DNA from: Octopus vulgaris
Taxonomy: Eukaryota
NCBI GenBank assembly: GCA_951406725.2
Contig: OX597825.1
Coordinates: 77,128,001-77,192,000 of the forward strand
Direction: 5' to 3'
Length of the DNA stretch: 64,000 nucleotides
Of the stretch, positions 40,167-54,706 are shown one piece after another (within the stretch, counting starts at the first letter, position 1; every line of letters begins with the position of its first letter). The translations under genes and the position numbers were made by a program. Below the pieces are notes generated by a model that saw only the letters and a list, made by a program, of their open reading frames with translations, did no database searches and was not told the DNA's origin.

Positions 40167-40207
<41 letters not shown>

Positions 40208-40416
40208 AAGAGAAAGAGAGAGAGAGAGAGAGATAGCTATGCACATAAATTACATACTTATATACATATGTATATATACATGTACGTATATATATATATG
40301 CATGTAGCTATATAAGATGGATATGGCATATATGTATACATACATTAATATGTACGTATTTATGTAGATATATACATATATGTATATATGCATGTATATA
40401 TATGTATATCTATCTG

Positions 40417-40486
<70 letters not shown>

Positions 40487-40514
40487 AATCAATCTATCTC
40501 TCTCTCTCTCTCTC

Positions 40515-40550
<36 letters not shown>

Positions 40551-41062
40551 GCATGTATGTATGTATATATATCCCGAAGGTTGACGTTAATGAGGCTACC
40601 GCTGCCAGTATGTGACAACATCCAACTGAAAATTAATATTTTGTTAGACGCAAAGTGCGAAATCTGACACAAAAAGTGGTCCATTTCCAAGTGACAGATC
40701 TGTGTCAAAGAGAGTTTGCCTTCTTCATTAAAATCCTATTGAAATGCTTCAGTGAAATCCTAGGTGGAATGAATACAAATGCCAAAGTTCTCTGGTTTGA
40801 TCGAAGTTGAAACGGTTCCTTATATCAATTGGAAACCAATGCTGAGATTTTGGCGGATACAGATCCGCTGCAAAACTATTGAATTTCTTTCTGTCTCTTC
40901 CACGCCATCGTTATCAGCACCATCACAATTACCATTAATATGACCGTTCCCGTTTATTAGCAAAATCTTCATAAACATTCCATTTTCTCTCTCCTTCGCT
41001 TCCTCAATTCCTCAATCATATCTTGTATATACATACATACATATATACATACATATATATAT

Positions 41063-41093
<31 letters not shown>

Positions 41094-41593
41094 TATCTGT
41101 ACATATATATACACATACATGCATACATAATACATACATACATGTATATATTATATATATATATATACATATATATGTACATGCATATATATATACATAA
41201 GTATATACGTTTTTTTTCTTTCCTTGTTTCTCTCCTTGTTTTTTCTGTGTCCCTTTCTGTAGAAGAGCGTAGGCTCGAAACGTAAAATACTTTTTCTATT
41301 CCTGAGCGTTATACTACTACATCTGTCTGTTTTGTACACCACCTGTCTTCGTCTTTTGTTTTTTTCGTAAACCCTCCCTATAAATACGTACATATGTACA
41401 TAAATACATATATATACATGTATATACATATATATATATATCTATACATACATGTATATACATACATATGTATATGCATATATATTTACATATACATACA
41501 TATGTATACATATATATATTTATATATACATATATACATACATACATATATATATGCGTACATATATATACATGCATATATATACACACACAG

Positions 41594-41655
<62 letters not shown>

Positions 41656-43228
41656 CTATATATATACATATATATACATACCTATATGTATACATACATA
41701 TATGTACATATATATTTAGATTACATATTTACGTTATACACAGCTGCATATATATGCATGAATATATACCTCTCTTTCTCTATTTCTGTCTCTGTCTCTC
41801 TGCCTCTCTGTCTCTCTGTCTCTGTCTGTCTGTCTGTCTCTCTCTCCCTCTCCCTCTCTATCTATCTATCTGTTTGTCTGACTATGCTATTCTGTCTTTT
41901 CCTCACACTGTCTCTCTCTGCATATCTACTTCCTTACCTCTCTCTTTTACTAGTTCTTTCTCTATTTCTCTCTTCTTACACCTCTCTCTCCTCATTTCAT
42001 TTCTGTCTGTCACTCTCTGTTTCTCTTTCACTCTACCTCTCTTTCCCCTTTTTTTCACAGCTCTCCCCTGTCTTAAGCTCGATAACTCACTGTTTCTTTC
42101 TCTCTATCCCTCTCTCTCGCTCCCTTTTGCCTTCAATCAACCACCACCACCACCACTACCACCACCACCACCACCACTACCACCACCACTGTCACAGCTA
42201 CTACTACTACTACCAGCACCAGCACCACCACCACCACCGACGACGACGACGTAGGCCGCCTTTCTTAAACTCCTTTATTTCTTTTTTATCATTTTTCATC
42301 AACGTTCTCTCTATCGTTATGTTAATCATTGCCGCAACTACCACCACCACCATCACCCCTATCCCGGCCAGTTTTATCATCATCATCAACATCATCATCA
42401 TCATTACCACCACCATCATGTAGATCACCATCACCAGCATCATCATTCCCGACACTGACACCACCACCACCACCACCATCCCAACCCTGTACCACTACCA
42501 CCTCCACCACCACCACCACCACCACCACCACAACCACGACCACTACGACCACGACTACCACGATCACCATCACCATCACCACCACCACTGCTAACATCAT
42601 CCTGAGCAACATCATCATAACAAGAATATCACCATCCTAACCATTAACACCATCGTTACCATTATTACCACTGCCATAACCACCACTACCACCACCGCTG
42701 CCACCACCATCACCATCACCACCACCACTGCTAACATCATCCTGAGCAACATCATCATAGCAAGAATATCACCATCCTAACCATTAACACCATCGTTACC
42801 ATCATTACCACTGCCACTACCACCACTACCACCGCCGCCTCCACCGCTTCCCACCGCTGCCACCACCACCACCACCACCACCCCATTTGAAGTGTCAGTA
42901 ACACAGGAGTGAATATGAAAGCAAAATGCTGCGGGTAAATTTCTGGTTTGACCAACTAATATTAATTAGACTTAATTAGAATATCTAATTACATCTGAAG
43001 ACGGGTGATGGATAATTTCAGCAGACAATGTAAGTTTTTTTTTACTTAATTAACCACTCTACATTACTGGTATGTTTCTGCTCTCCACCCCTGCTCCTCC
43101 CCCCACCCCGAAATCAGTAGCCATGAGTTCTAAGTTAATTGTAGAATCATCTAAATTTAGTACCGTGATTACGTATGTAGGTACTTAAGACACGTCTTAG
43201 CTAATACGCAGGTACTTAAGACACATGA

Positions 43229-43543
43229 TTATACTCTTTTCTACTCTACGCATAAGGCCCAAAATTTTGGTTGGAGGTGCCAGTCGATTAGATCTACCCC
43301 AGTACACAACTAGTACATAATTTATCGACCCCGAAAGGATGAAAGACAAAGTCGACCTCGGCGGAATTTGAACTCAGAACCTAACGGCAGACGAAATATC
43401 GCTAAGCATTTCGCCCGGCGTGGTAACGTTTCTTAGCTCTTTATTGCCCACAAGAGGGTAACATAGAGGGGACAAACAAGGACAGACAAACGGATTAAGT
43501 CGATTGTATCGACCCCAGTGCGTAACTGGTACTTAATTTATCG
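43229..43543 (-). mobile_element. SINE family B copy plus a truncated second unit
   Basis: ATCGACCCCGAAAGGATGAAAGACAAAGTCGACCTCGGCGGAATTTGAACTCAGAAC; second unit cut at TTAATTTATCG (43543). Confidence 0.85.
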
Positions 43544-43700
43544 GGCAACTCAACCAGACCAATGCATCACTACCACGCCAAATGCGCCATGAACGTCTGG
43601 CTAGAGTTTTTGTCAGATTGGTCTTTCATTAGCTGGAATATCTCATCTGCACACATTACAACTACAGATGATAGCGGTAATTCGCTAACTGAACTGGTTG

Positions 43701-44386
43701 CTATGGCAGAACAGCAAGAAGGAAACCACTTCTTTGACCAGGCAATATCAAGCGGAGAAAAGATTGGGCAAGTCAGATGGTTGAGGGGTCTAGCATTTTG
43801 GGACACTATCATATTCTCTGATGACTCCAGATTTGCTGTATTTTCTAACAATGGTCAAGTGTAGGTATTGAAACTATGATCAAGAATTTGACGCGAAAAT
43901 ATTGCAGCCAGCAATGAAATACGGAAGCTATTCTGTGATGTCTGGGAAGCAATTTGGAGCAATAGTCGATCAGAGATAGTAGAGTGTGTAGCAAGCATAA
44001 ACTCAGATAAATATGTGTCCATATTGCAGAAAGGACACCTTCCAATCTTCTTCAGTGGTGAAATGATTAAAGAAGACTTTAATTTTGCAAGATGTGATTG
44101 TTGGTCACATAGCTAAAAAGACCCAAATTTGGTTGGAAGAGAATGGCATTAAAAAGCTTCCATGGCCAAGACAGTCACTGGATATGAACTCTGTTGAACA
44201 CATCTGGTGCATACTGGATGGAACACTCCATAAAAAGGAAAAGAAAGCATACTGAAAGCCAGATCTTTTGAGATGACTCCACTCCTCAAGAAATTCCTCA
44301 AGAGAATATTGGTCATCTGATCAGTAGCATACCCAATTGGATGCTTGCATTGAAAAATGCAAAGGGCAGGACTAGTAAATATTAGA
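43701..44386 (+). pseudogene. Tc1-family (DD34E-type) transposase remnant, 5'-truncated
   Basis: YGRTARRKPLL..RRKDWA..FWDTIIFSDDSRF..KYGSYSVM..INSDKYVSIL..LPWPRQSLDMNSVEHIW..AKGRTSKY*, with frameshifts. Confidence 0.88.
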
Positions 44387-44509
44387 TATTCACGTTAAAA
44401 TAATTAATAAATAATTTCAATGTAAAGTTTATGATTTAAATACATTTTAACCATTATAAGGATGTCTATTTATTTCTGTCATGTCTATATATGTGTGAGG
44501 ATGGGTGCG

Positions 44510-44541
<32 letters not shown>

Positions 44542-44676
44542 ACAAGTCCATTTTTTTTTTAAAGGTGTAGCGTTTGTAAGAGACTGGATTGAATTGATAT
44601 ATCGGTTCCATTCTAGCAAAAACTGTCTGATGAACGGCAACAGATTTTGTTGAATTTTCTGCTGCTTTAAATAAAG

Positions 44677-44752
<76 letters not shown>

Positions 44753-45442
44753 GGTGTGTGTGTGTGTGTATGTGTGTGTGTGTTTATAATATAATATACT
44801 AGTGTGTCTATGTTCTTTGTTGTTAATTACTACCGTAGTACGGTTCCGGTGTTTCCATTCATTCTTCTCTTTTATATTCACGAATTAACGCACTTCCTTC
44901 TCGTCCGTTATTTTACATCCACAGAACAATACACTTCTGACCTCCATCAATATTTCGCCACAAATCTCTCCTGGCATATTTTCTTGCTACTGAAATATAT
45001 TTGTCATGCTTTTTGTTATAACCAATTTTTATTGCAAATCTGGACGAAGGGAAGTCACGTGACATATGCATCTCTTTCTCATTGGTTGTTATTGAACTTC
45101 TTGTTTCTTGACCATTGATTTTAAAGGAAGTATTTCTTGAAAAACCAGGAAACAGTTTAATCCTAGCCGTTGGTATGTAAACTGTGACAATGTATATTTT
45201 TGCACATCATTTATGTATGGAGTTTAAGCAGGAATGGCAAACTTTGAAACTCTGGTAAAGTTTTTGACAAAGGGCGATCAATTGTTCCCAAAAATGATCT
45301 TATATTGGAGAAAAGGAATACGCGAATAAATTTTCCATAAAGATAAATGTTAAGAATTGGATCTTGCTTGTGTATTTTTATGTGAATGTTCTGCATTGCG
45401 TGTGCAGGCGTAAGTATATATACATACATGCATACACAAGTA

Positions 45443-45491
<49 letters not shown>

Positions 45492-45538
45492 TGTGATCAT
45501 TTACGTTTGTGTACGTGTGCTAAAACAAAATGAACGTG

Positions 45539-45584
<46 letters not shown>

Positions 45585-46499
45585 TATATATGTATATATA
45601 TGTACATATATATACGTATACATATATGTAATATACATGTCTTATGTATATATATATATATACATATATATGCATGCGTGTCTGTATATATACACCAAAA
45701 TAAGCACATAAAAGTGACACGTGGTGGATAAAATAGTACTCGAATACTGGTAGAGTAATATGCTTTATTATCAATGTTGCAAAAATATCACAAAATATCA
45801 CAAAAAACTGGGACCCATTCCTAATCACAACCGTCCGACGAACGAGAACGTGAAACTTTGAGTAACAGTTTTTTGTGATATTTTGTGATATTTTTCCGGC
45901 TTTAATAATTAAGTATACACACACACACACTCACACACACACACACACACATATATATGTCAGTAAGTATATATTTATATATAATGCAAATTGAGATAGG
46001 GGTTGTAAATGCAACCCTCCATGGGATAACATATATCCAATATACTGCTAGTGAAGTACCCAACAAAGTTAATACATAAATGTTAAGGATTGCGATACAA
46101 TCAATTCATTTACTGTATTATATGGGCAAAGGTAAAATGTTTTACCTTGATTTAGATGTATTTCTCCATTTTCTTATCTTGTATTTATATATAATGGATG
46201 TCTTCTAAAACTATTCCACACATACAATAACAGCCATATCAACAATCCAACATACTTCCATCATCAGCTGCCTCTCGGATATCACTATGGTTTCGACACC
46301 TAGGCAGTACCATTCAATCCGGCGATGCGCTGTCAACAACAATAAAAAACGTGTTGATTGGAACAAACATACGTTAGATATCACCACAGTCATTCAATCT
46401 TCATTCTAGGAGGGATTAAACACTAACATTATTAATTAAACTGCAACAAAGAAACACTTTTACCCTAAGTACAAAAACAGTATCGGTAAACAAATTCAA

Positions 46500-46710
46500 T
46501 AAGTAAACCAATAAATAACTGCTAAATTATCTAACCTAGCCCTTAAAGTCCATGCAGATAATGTTCCCACTAGTCTTCCATAGTTATTAATATAACAGTG
46601 AAAGCATTTATATTCTAATATTTCCAAAGCAAAAACAAACAAGGAAGAACTTTACTAATAATAAGTTTGAGTCATAACCCAAAAGTTAATTATTTAAACA
46701 GTTCATACGT
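46500..46710 (+). pseudogene. Possible decayed PLE GIY-YIG C-terminal remnant
   Basis: AKLSNLALKV..YSNISK..EELY..NYLN follows the motif order of the 55800 element; very degraded. Confidence 0.3.
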
Positions 46711-46894
46711 ATTAAATTTTCGTTATATTTACATGTTTTAATGTTAAACTTATACCAGTAATTTAAAAGATAATACTAAAATACCCTTATAAATAGGTAC
46801 TAATTAAAAGAATGCATGTAATTAGCAATTATTATTAAAAACCTTGTAACGATTAAGCTAAATATATAACTGTTTAATAGATAATGTATGTATT

Positions 46895-46924
<30 letters not shown>

Positions 46925-46936
<12 letters not shown>

Positions 46937-47300
46937 GGCAGTTTGTCTGTCTGTGCGTCTGTGTGTCTGTTAGGTTGTACCCTCACCCTGACCACGGCTT
47001 TCAACCGATTCTGATGAAACTTGACACACACATAGCCCAATGTCATAATTCAAAACTAACGCAGCGAAAATTTTGAAAAGTTCCCCCATTTCTGAAAAAA
47101 ATCGATAAATTCGACATGGGGTCGAGAATCAGAAACACAAACCGCAAACTGTCTAGGGGACGCAACTACACCTTTTTTAACAAAAACAAAATTTACCATA
47201 ATTTTTTTCCATCTTTTTGCTATCTTTTGGCTATAACTCTCTAAAAATGCATTATAGTTATTTCCCTTACAAACCTGAGCAACGCCGGGCGATACTGCTA

Positions 47301-47301
<1 letters not shown>
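46925..47301 (+). mobile_element. Non-autonomous Helitron
   Basis: 3' end has an imperfect GC hairpin CCTGAGCAACGCCGGG (47274-47289) just upstream of terminal CTAG followed by T; no TIRs; 5' part TATATATAAACGGCAG..(GTCT)n; embedded in (TA)n. Confidence 0.75.
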
Positions 47302-47369
<68 letters not shown>

Positions 47370-47520
47370 TACATACGTACATATATATACACACACGCAC
47401 ACACATATGCATATGTATATATATGTATATATATATATGCATGTAGATATATATAATATATATATGTATGCATATATAATATGATATATACATGTATATG
47501 CATATAATTATATAAATGTT

Positions 47521-47572
<52 letters not shown>

Positions 47573-47958
47573 CGAACATATATATATACATATATATACA
47601 TTATAGACATATAGCACATATAAACATAGATATGCCAGTATAATTAATTTAGGTATTTGGCCTGGATCTAATAGATGGCGCTCAATATATTGTAATTGTA
47701 TATGCTATACATCGCCGAAATGGCTTCAATTCTAGCGATATGATAGATCGGGAAATGGTATATATTATGGTGTAGCTTAATAAATTAGAATGATCAGAGT
47801 ATTGAATATCACAAGTCTCTTGTTTTGTGCATCTATGAGAAACACTTACGTACACATGTATGTATATGAGCATATATAGATACATACGCATAAATACACA
47901 CACACACACACACGCACACATATAAGGGTACATCTATCAATATATATATATACATATA

Positions 47959-48009
<51 letters not shown>

Positions 48010-48215
48010 TTATGCAACTATTTTCTGTGTATGTCCATACAGACATATATATATATATATATACATATGTATAGCATAAATTCATACATATACACACATA
48101 CATATATACATATACATATATATATAGACATACATAATACATAAATGTACATATTGCAGTTATATATGCATAATTGTGTGCGTGTGTGCATCATCACATA
48201 CAGGCATATATATAT

Positions 48216-48277
<62 letters not shown>

Positions 48278-49204
48278 CAAAATAGGACAAGAACGCAAAA
48301 CATCCGGACAACTAGGTGATGCAAAAAGGGACAACAAAACAGCGGCGTACGTACACTTTGTTCTCTATATATGTATATATATCTATATCTATATGTGTGT
48401 GCCTGTGTGTGTGTGCGTGTGTGTGCGTGTGTGCATGTGTGTGTATGTGTGTCTGTATGTGTGCTTGTATAACTCCGCAGCAATTGGATGACACTCATTT
48501 CTTATTCATAGAGAAGTTCTATATTTTGTTCGATCTGCTAGAACTCGCAGCCAAATCACCACCCACATTTCAGCTTTCCTTCTATTAAACTAGAAGGACT
48601 TATTAGATAAATTACTACGAAACAGCCAGAGATGACATGCCAATCATCGTTGCAAAGATCTTAATCATAGTTCCGCCTATTCTGGGATGGTTTAGTGCAA
48701 AATAATATGAAATGAGGAACGAGGAGATGCGAAGCTGTTCTCATCTGTTGATACAAAACTTGTTTGTGATCGCAATGATGCAATGAGCAAGTATAGAAAT
48801 AACGGTGTTTGTCATTGGTTAAAATACTAACTTTATTCCAATTAGCAAGTTTAATTGACACGATGGATGTAATATATTTGGATGCCACTTAGATTCTGTG
48901 GAGACACCTACATTTTGTGGTGGCTGCTGGACCGCTGGTAAATGGACAGATCCTGGTGCAATAAATATGACTACATTGTTTCTGTTAGAAATTCCAAAAG
49001 AATTTAAAATTTTCCTTGAAAATAACGGAATAGTAATAACAACGAACAGCTTAATACTAACCAACACGACGCTATATTAACCATTACAGTGTGTGACTTC
49101 AGTCTTCTTGTGAAGAATACAGCGTTTGTTTTTTTTTTGCAAGATGTGATGTTTCTCAGCGAAACAAAAACAGCAGTTGTACACTTGGTAAAAGACTCAA
49201 AATA

Positions 49205-49385
49205 CTAGTTAAATGACTGAAAGAGATGGCAATTGAAACTTGCATTGTCGATCTGCAGAAAGACTTTGTCTTTCATTCATTTCAGGGTCGATAAAATAAG
49301 TACCAGTTGAGCACTAGGATAGACATAATCAACTAACCCCTTCCCCGAAATTGCTGGCTTTATGTCAGCAATTTGAAATCAATAT
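49205..49385 (+). mobile_element. SINE family B copy, strongly decayed
   Basis: GACTTTGTCTTTCATTCATTTCAGGGTCGATAAAATAAGTACCAGTTGAGCACT..AATTTGAAATCAATA. Confidence 0.7.
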
Positions 49386-49902
49386 AATATTTATTGCTTT
49401 TGATTCCAGCGATTATTACAGGGAGATGGGTGAAAAACTCCTAACAAATATTTTAATGCATTTCAGCCACAGAACATTGTCTCCATTTGCTTTTGACGTG
49501 TTTTCAAACGGATTACATAGTAAATATTAAAAACGCATTGTTGTAGGCGTAGGAAATTGGAATTTTGAGCTAATTTAAGAAACCCGAAGAGGCGTCAGAA
49601 TGATAAATTCTGTGTAGGAGTCAGTTAATTTGATGAATGAACATTGAAATGTTAAAACTAAAATCAAAATGGATGAGGAAAAACAAAATATCACAGCAGC
49701 GTGTTTTTCTATGACTAATATATTTTTCATAAGGAGGATAATTGCGGACGTATTTCTGCCTTAATTTGTTATCTTCAGCGGAAATATAACTGCGCCATAA
49801 CTTATCGATATGCCATCCAGAAAATTGTTAATTAAATATACAGAAATGTGAATTTATTGGTAAGGGAAAATAGGATTGATGAAAGTTGAAATAATTATAG
49901 AA

Positions 49903-50281
49903 GGCGCAGGAGTGGCGGGGTGAGTAAGTAGCTTGCTTACCAACCACATGGTTGGGCATGTGTCTTCTACTATAGCCTCGGGCCGACCAAAGCCTTGTGA
50001 GTGAATTTGGTAGAAGAAAACTGAAAGAAGCCCGTCGTATATATGTATATATATATATAAGTGTGTATATGTTTGTGTCTGTGTTTGTCCCCCCAACATC
50101 GCTTGGCAACCGATGCTGGTGTGTTTACGTCCCCGTAACTTAGCGGTACGGCAAAAGAAACCGATAGAATAAGTTCTAGGCTTCCAAAGAATAAGTCCTG
50201 TCGTCGATTTGTTCGACTAAAAGCGGTGCTCCAGCATAGCCACAGTCAAATGACTGAAACATGTAAAAGAGTAAAAGAGTA
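49903..50281 (+). mobile_element. SINE family A copy (B-box region deleted)
   Basis: GGCGCAGGAGTGGC..CCAACCACATGGTT joined directly to GGGCATGTGTCTTC; tail GTAAAAGAGTAAAAGAGTA. Confidence 0.9.
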
Positions 50282-51144
50282 ACGTTTTAAGTTTAGGTAC
50301 AAACTGAACCCTGACATGGGCTGCTAATTCTGCCCAGAGTAGACCTGGACACAGTAATGGCTAATAGGTGGTCCCGCTCTCCTTAAAACTCAGGATCTCC
50401 TAAACCAGAGCCCTACTACCCGGGGTGAGTTGAAATCGTGGGATGCAGCGTATTAGAATTGAACTATTTCGGCAGACGAACTTACTGAGTCAATGGCAAA
50501 TATCAGTAGCTATAGGACAAGATGAACTGACAACAAACTGTCAACGGCTAGGATCAACCAGTTCAGTTAGCGAATTACCGCTATCATCTGTAGTTGTAAT
50601 GTGTGTAGATGAGATATTCCAGCTAATGAAAGATCAATCTAACAAAAACTCTAGCCAAACGTTCATGGCGCATCTGGCGGGGAAGTGATGCATTGGTCTG
50701 GTTGAGTTGCCCGACCATATAAAGAATATATAAGATTAAGGTTACAGCTAAGTGGACCGACAATGTGAATAAGAATTCTACATTTGTGTATTGGGTACAT
50801 TAGTCTTCCCAGTGAGTGGGCGTAAACTGTAGATTGCAAAAGTATAAAGGCCTGAGCCATTTCTGATACGACCAGCTGTAGCAACTATTTAAAAGAGAAA
50901 CACTGGAAGAAAAATTCAAGAAATTGCTGAAAGTAAACGAAGAAGCACAAAAAGAAAAATTAATTAAATTAAATTAAAATATATAGTAGAAACACTAATA
51001 TGATCATCAACAACAAGTACAGAAGCAGTAGCAGCAGCATCACCATCAGCATCATATCAAAGACATGTAATTAGAGAGGGAAAAGAAAGGAAATACACCG
51101 CAATCAATCAGCGTATTAAGAGAATTAAGAATTAAGTACTTGCA

Positions 51145-52128
51145 TTATATATGTATGTATGTATGTATATATGTATGCATGTGTATATGCATGTATGTAT
51201 GTATGTGTGTGTATCTATGTATGTATGTATGTATGTAGGTATGTGTATGTATGTATGTATTTATGCATGCATGTATGTATGTATGTATATATGCATGTGT
51301 GTATGTGTGTGCATGTATGTATGTATGTATGTATGTATGTGTGTGTATGTTTGTATGTGTGTGTATGTATGTTTGTGTGTTTGCATGAATGTATGTAAGC
51401 ATGAAGATATGTGTGTATGCATGTATATATGTGAGTGTGTCTATGCAAGTATGTATGTATGTATACATAAACTTTCACACACATACACATAAAATTATAT
51501 ACATACACACACACACACATATAGATACACATATACGTATATGTATGCATGTATGTATGCATGTATGTATACATGTGTTTACTTATTTTCTACGTGTATG
51601 TATTCATATATATGTGTATGTGTCTGTCTCTGTCTGTCTAATTGTCTGTCTGTCTGTCTGTCTGCCTGTATGTATGTATGTATGTATGTATGTATGTATG
51701 TATGTGTGTATGTATGTATGTATGTATGTATGTATGTATGTATGTGTGTGTATGTATGTATGTATGCATGCATGTATGTATGTACGTATGTATGTATGTA
51801 TGTATGTATGTATGTATGTATGTATGTATGTATGTATGTATGTATGTATGTATGTATGTATGCATGCATGCATGTATATATTATGTATGTATGCATGCAT
51901 GCATGTATGTATGTATGTATGCATGCATGTATGTATGTACGTATGTATGTATGTATATATGTATGTATGTATGTATGTATATATGTATGTATATATTATG
52001 TATGTATGCATGCATGTCTGTCTGTCTGTCTGTATGTATGTATGTATGTATGTATGTATGTATGTATGCATGCATGCATGTATGTATGTATGTATGCATG
52101 CATGTATGTATGTACGTATGTATGTATG

Positions 52129-52162
<34 letters not shown>

Positions 52163-52200
52163 TGTATGCATGCATGCATGTATGTACGTATGTATGTATG

Positions 52201-52234
<34 letters not shown>

Positions 52235-52385
52235 TGCATGAGTGTATGCATGCATGTATGTATGTATGCATACATGTATGTATGTATGTATGTATGTTTG
52301 TATGTATGTATGTATGTATGTATGTATGTATGTATGTATGTATGTATGTATGTATGTATGTGTGTATGTGTGTGTGTGTGTGTCT
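51145..52385. repeat. About 1.2-kb (TATG)n-based compound microsatellite
   Basis: Directly visible; produces the 348-aa and 324-aa spurious ORFs. Confidence 0.95.
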
Positions 52386-52809
52386 GTACAAGTTCTATCG
52401 TTCGTCCAAGTGCAGTTACAAGCGATACTGCATAAGTTTTGATTTAATCATTCATAAATTATACACAGACAATTTCCCCTATAAAATTTTGATTTGGTTG
52501 AAACAAATCAATTAACGAAAGAGAAGGAAAGAGAGAAGAGAGAAAGAAAGAAAGAAAAATGAAGTAGTGGGAGAGAGATGTGAAGGGAAAGATTTATAGA
52601 GAGAGAGGCGGGGTGAGAGAGACACAGAGGCAGAGAAGAGAAGAGGCAGAGATTGGAAGACGAAGATGGAGGTAAAATGACACTCGCAAACATACAGACA
52701 TACACACATAGGCATATACCTGCTTGCGAGTGACTACAAATATACACACACACCTCACACACACCTCACACACACGTGCGTATATATCAATATGTATATA
52801 TATATATCC

Positions 52810-52843
<34 letters not shown>

Positions 52844-52959
52844 ATTTGCATAGATAGACATATAGATAGATATATATATAGAGAGAGACAGACAGACAGA
52901 CAAACGGAGCGACAGACGGACAAATGATAAATAAATAAATAGAGTGATTGATAGATAGA

Positions 52960-53218
<259 letters not shown>

Positions 53219-53619
53219 TGTTGGGGAAAAACAGCCAAAGAATGGAATGAAGAATTGTAATGACGAATGAAATGAATTTTGAGCGAAAGAATTATTGAGG
53301 AAATAGAAGAAAAATATACAAATGAAAACCAATACGAAAACATTAAAAAATATATAAAACAAACAAACAGGCAAATAAACACCAAAATAAATAAATAAAT
53401 AATGAAATTAAATATTAAAAATATACAATGAGACAACTCTGAAAGTATTGGAAAAATAAACAAGAAAAACATAAAATAACAACAATAAAGAATACAACAA
53501 AGAATGTTGATTGGTCGCCATGTTTGTTTAATTATTAAATTCAGGTGGTTTAGTTTAGATTAATTATATTCCTATTGATGTTGTAAAGCAGGAAAGAACT
53601 GGAAGTCACTAGTAGGAGC

Positions 53620-53709
<90 letters not shown>

Positions 53710-53773
53710 GACAATTATGTGAAGGAGTGGAAGTGAGTTGGATGGTTGTTATTTGCTAGCTTGGTGATTGTGT

Positions 53774-54017
53774 GGGGGTTTGAGTAAAAACTGGAGCATT
53801 AGAGCATAGCTATTGTGTGAGGGTTTAGTCATGGAAGGTGAATAAAGGCCCTCGTAGTATATTTGTTGGGGGTTTCTGTAAAAACAAGAGCATAGGGCAT
53901 AGCTGTTGTGAGAAGGTTTCCTCTTGGATATGAGGTGAATCCAGCTTCTCGTGTTTTTTTGCTTGGGAGTTTGGGTTAAAACTAGAGCATAAGGAATAGC
54001 TGTCGTGTGAAGATTTT
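53774..54017. repeat. Degenerate tandem repeat, unit about 95 bp, about 2.5 copies
   Basis: GGG.GTTT..AAAAC..GAGCAT..G.ATAGCT.T.GTG.GA at 53774, 53868 and 53965. Confidence 0.7.
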
Positions 54018-54329
54018 AGGTATGCATGTAGGGTCAAAGGCTATCGTAGTTCTTGTGTGATACAATAGGTCGAGACGTGGAATAAGCTCGAAGTGCCATG
54101 GGAAAACTGCGGCCCGGGAGACATTCTGAATGGTAAACTTAACAGGAGATTTCTTTGATGGTTTGTGTAGGTTTTGGTATGGATGTAGGGTCAATATTAA
54201 CCAGACATTTTGTCTGGCTAATAATTGTGACATACTTTACTTTGATATGCCTCAAAACTTTATGGATGTCCTATTATTAAATCTCTATATGTACGTATGC
54301 ACATATGCATATATGTATGTTTGTATTAA

Positions 54330-54706
54330 GTCATTATTCAGTTTATTTCAAGATTTCTTGCCAATAGAGAAACAACCGGTTTCTAACCTAGATCCAAGGC
54401 CCCTCCATTGGAATTTCAACATCAACAACAGGGTATTTTTGCATGTATGTATGTGCAGATTTGTATGTTTTATGTATGTATTCTCAATGCATATAGTTAC
54501 ATATCTAGACATGCTCATATATATTTAAATGATAATCTTTTGGAAAGTTTTACAGATTTTTTTCAGTTCCAGTGATGGATTGAATCTGTAGTCTTCGAGT
54601 TAGCTTTCTCCTTTCTGGTTTTGAGAAGCCTAATTTCTCAAGATTGGTATTTAGGCAGTGTGTTACACATCCCAGGGCCCCAATAATTACAGGTATAAAC
54701 CTGAAC
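54330..54706 (-). mobile_element. 3' end of the same RLE-LINE family as 24630-25165
   Basis: rc GTTCAGGTTTATACCTGTAATTATTGGGGCCCTGGGA..GAAATTAGGCTTCTCAAAACCAGAAAGGAG..GGATCTAGGTTAGAAACCGG..ACTGAATAATGAC. Confidence 0.88.

Noticed and set aside
42995-43120. CTGAAGA-CGGGTG..CACCCC-GAAA hammerhead-like match
   Set aside because: About 100-nt unstructured loop, mismatched closing pair, and no convincing stem I or III.
47011-47020. CTGATGA inside the Helitron (also at about 43818, 15862, 55331)
   Set aside because: No stem II followed by GAAA and stem III; chance 7-mers.
43541-50714. Reading the 160-bp inverted pair as TIRs of a 7-kb Tc1 element
   Set aside because: The left copy replaces the transposase N-terminus, and there is no TA duplication or CAGT-type terminus.
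53774-54017. Repeat-spacer-like pattern resembling a CRISPR array
   Set aside because: Units are degenerate along their whole length, only three starts, eukaryotic context, no cas genes.
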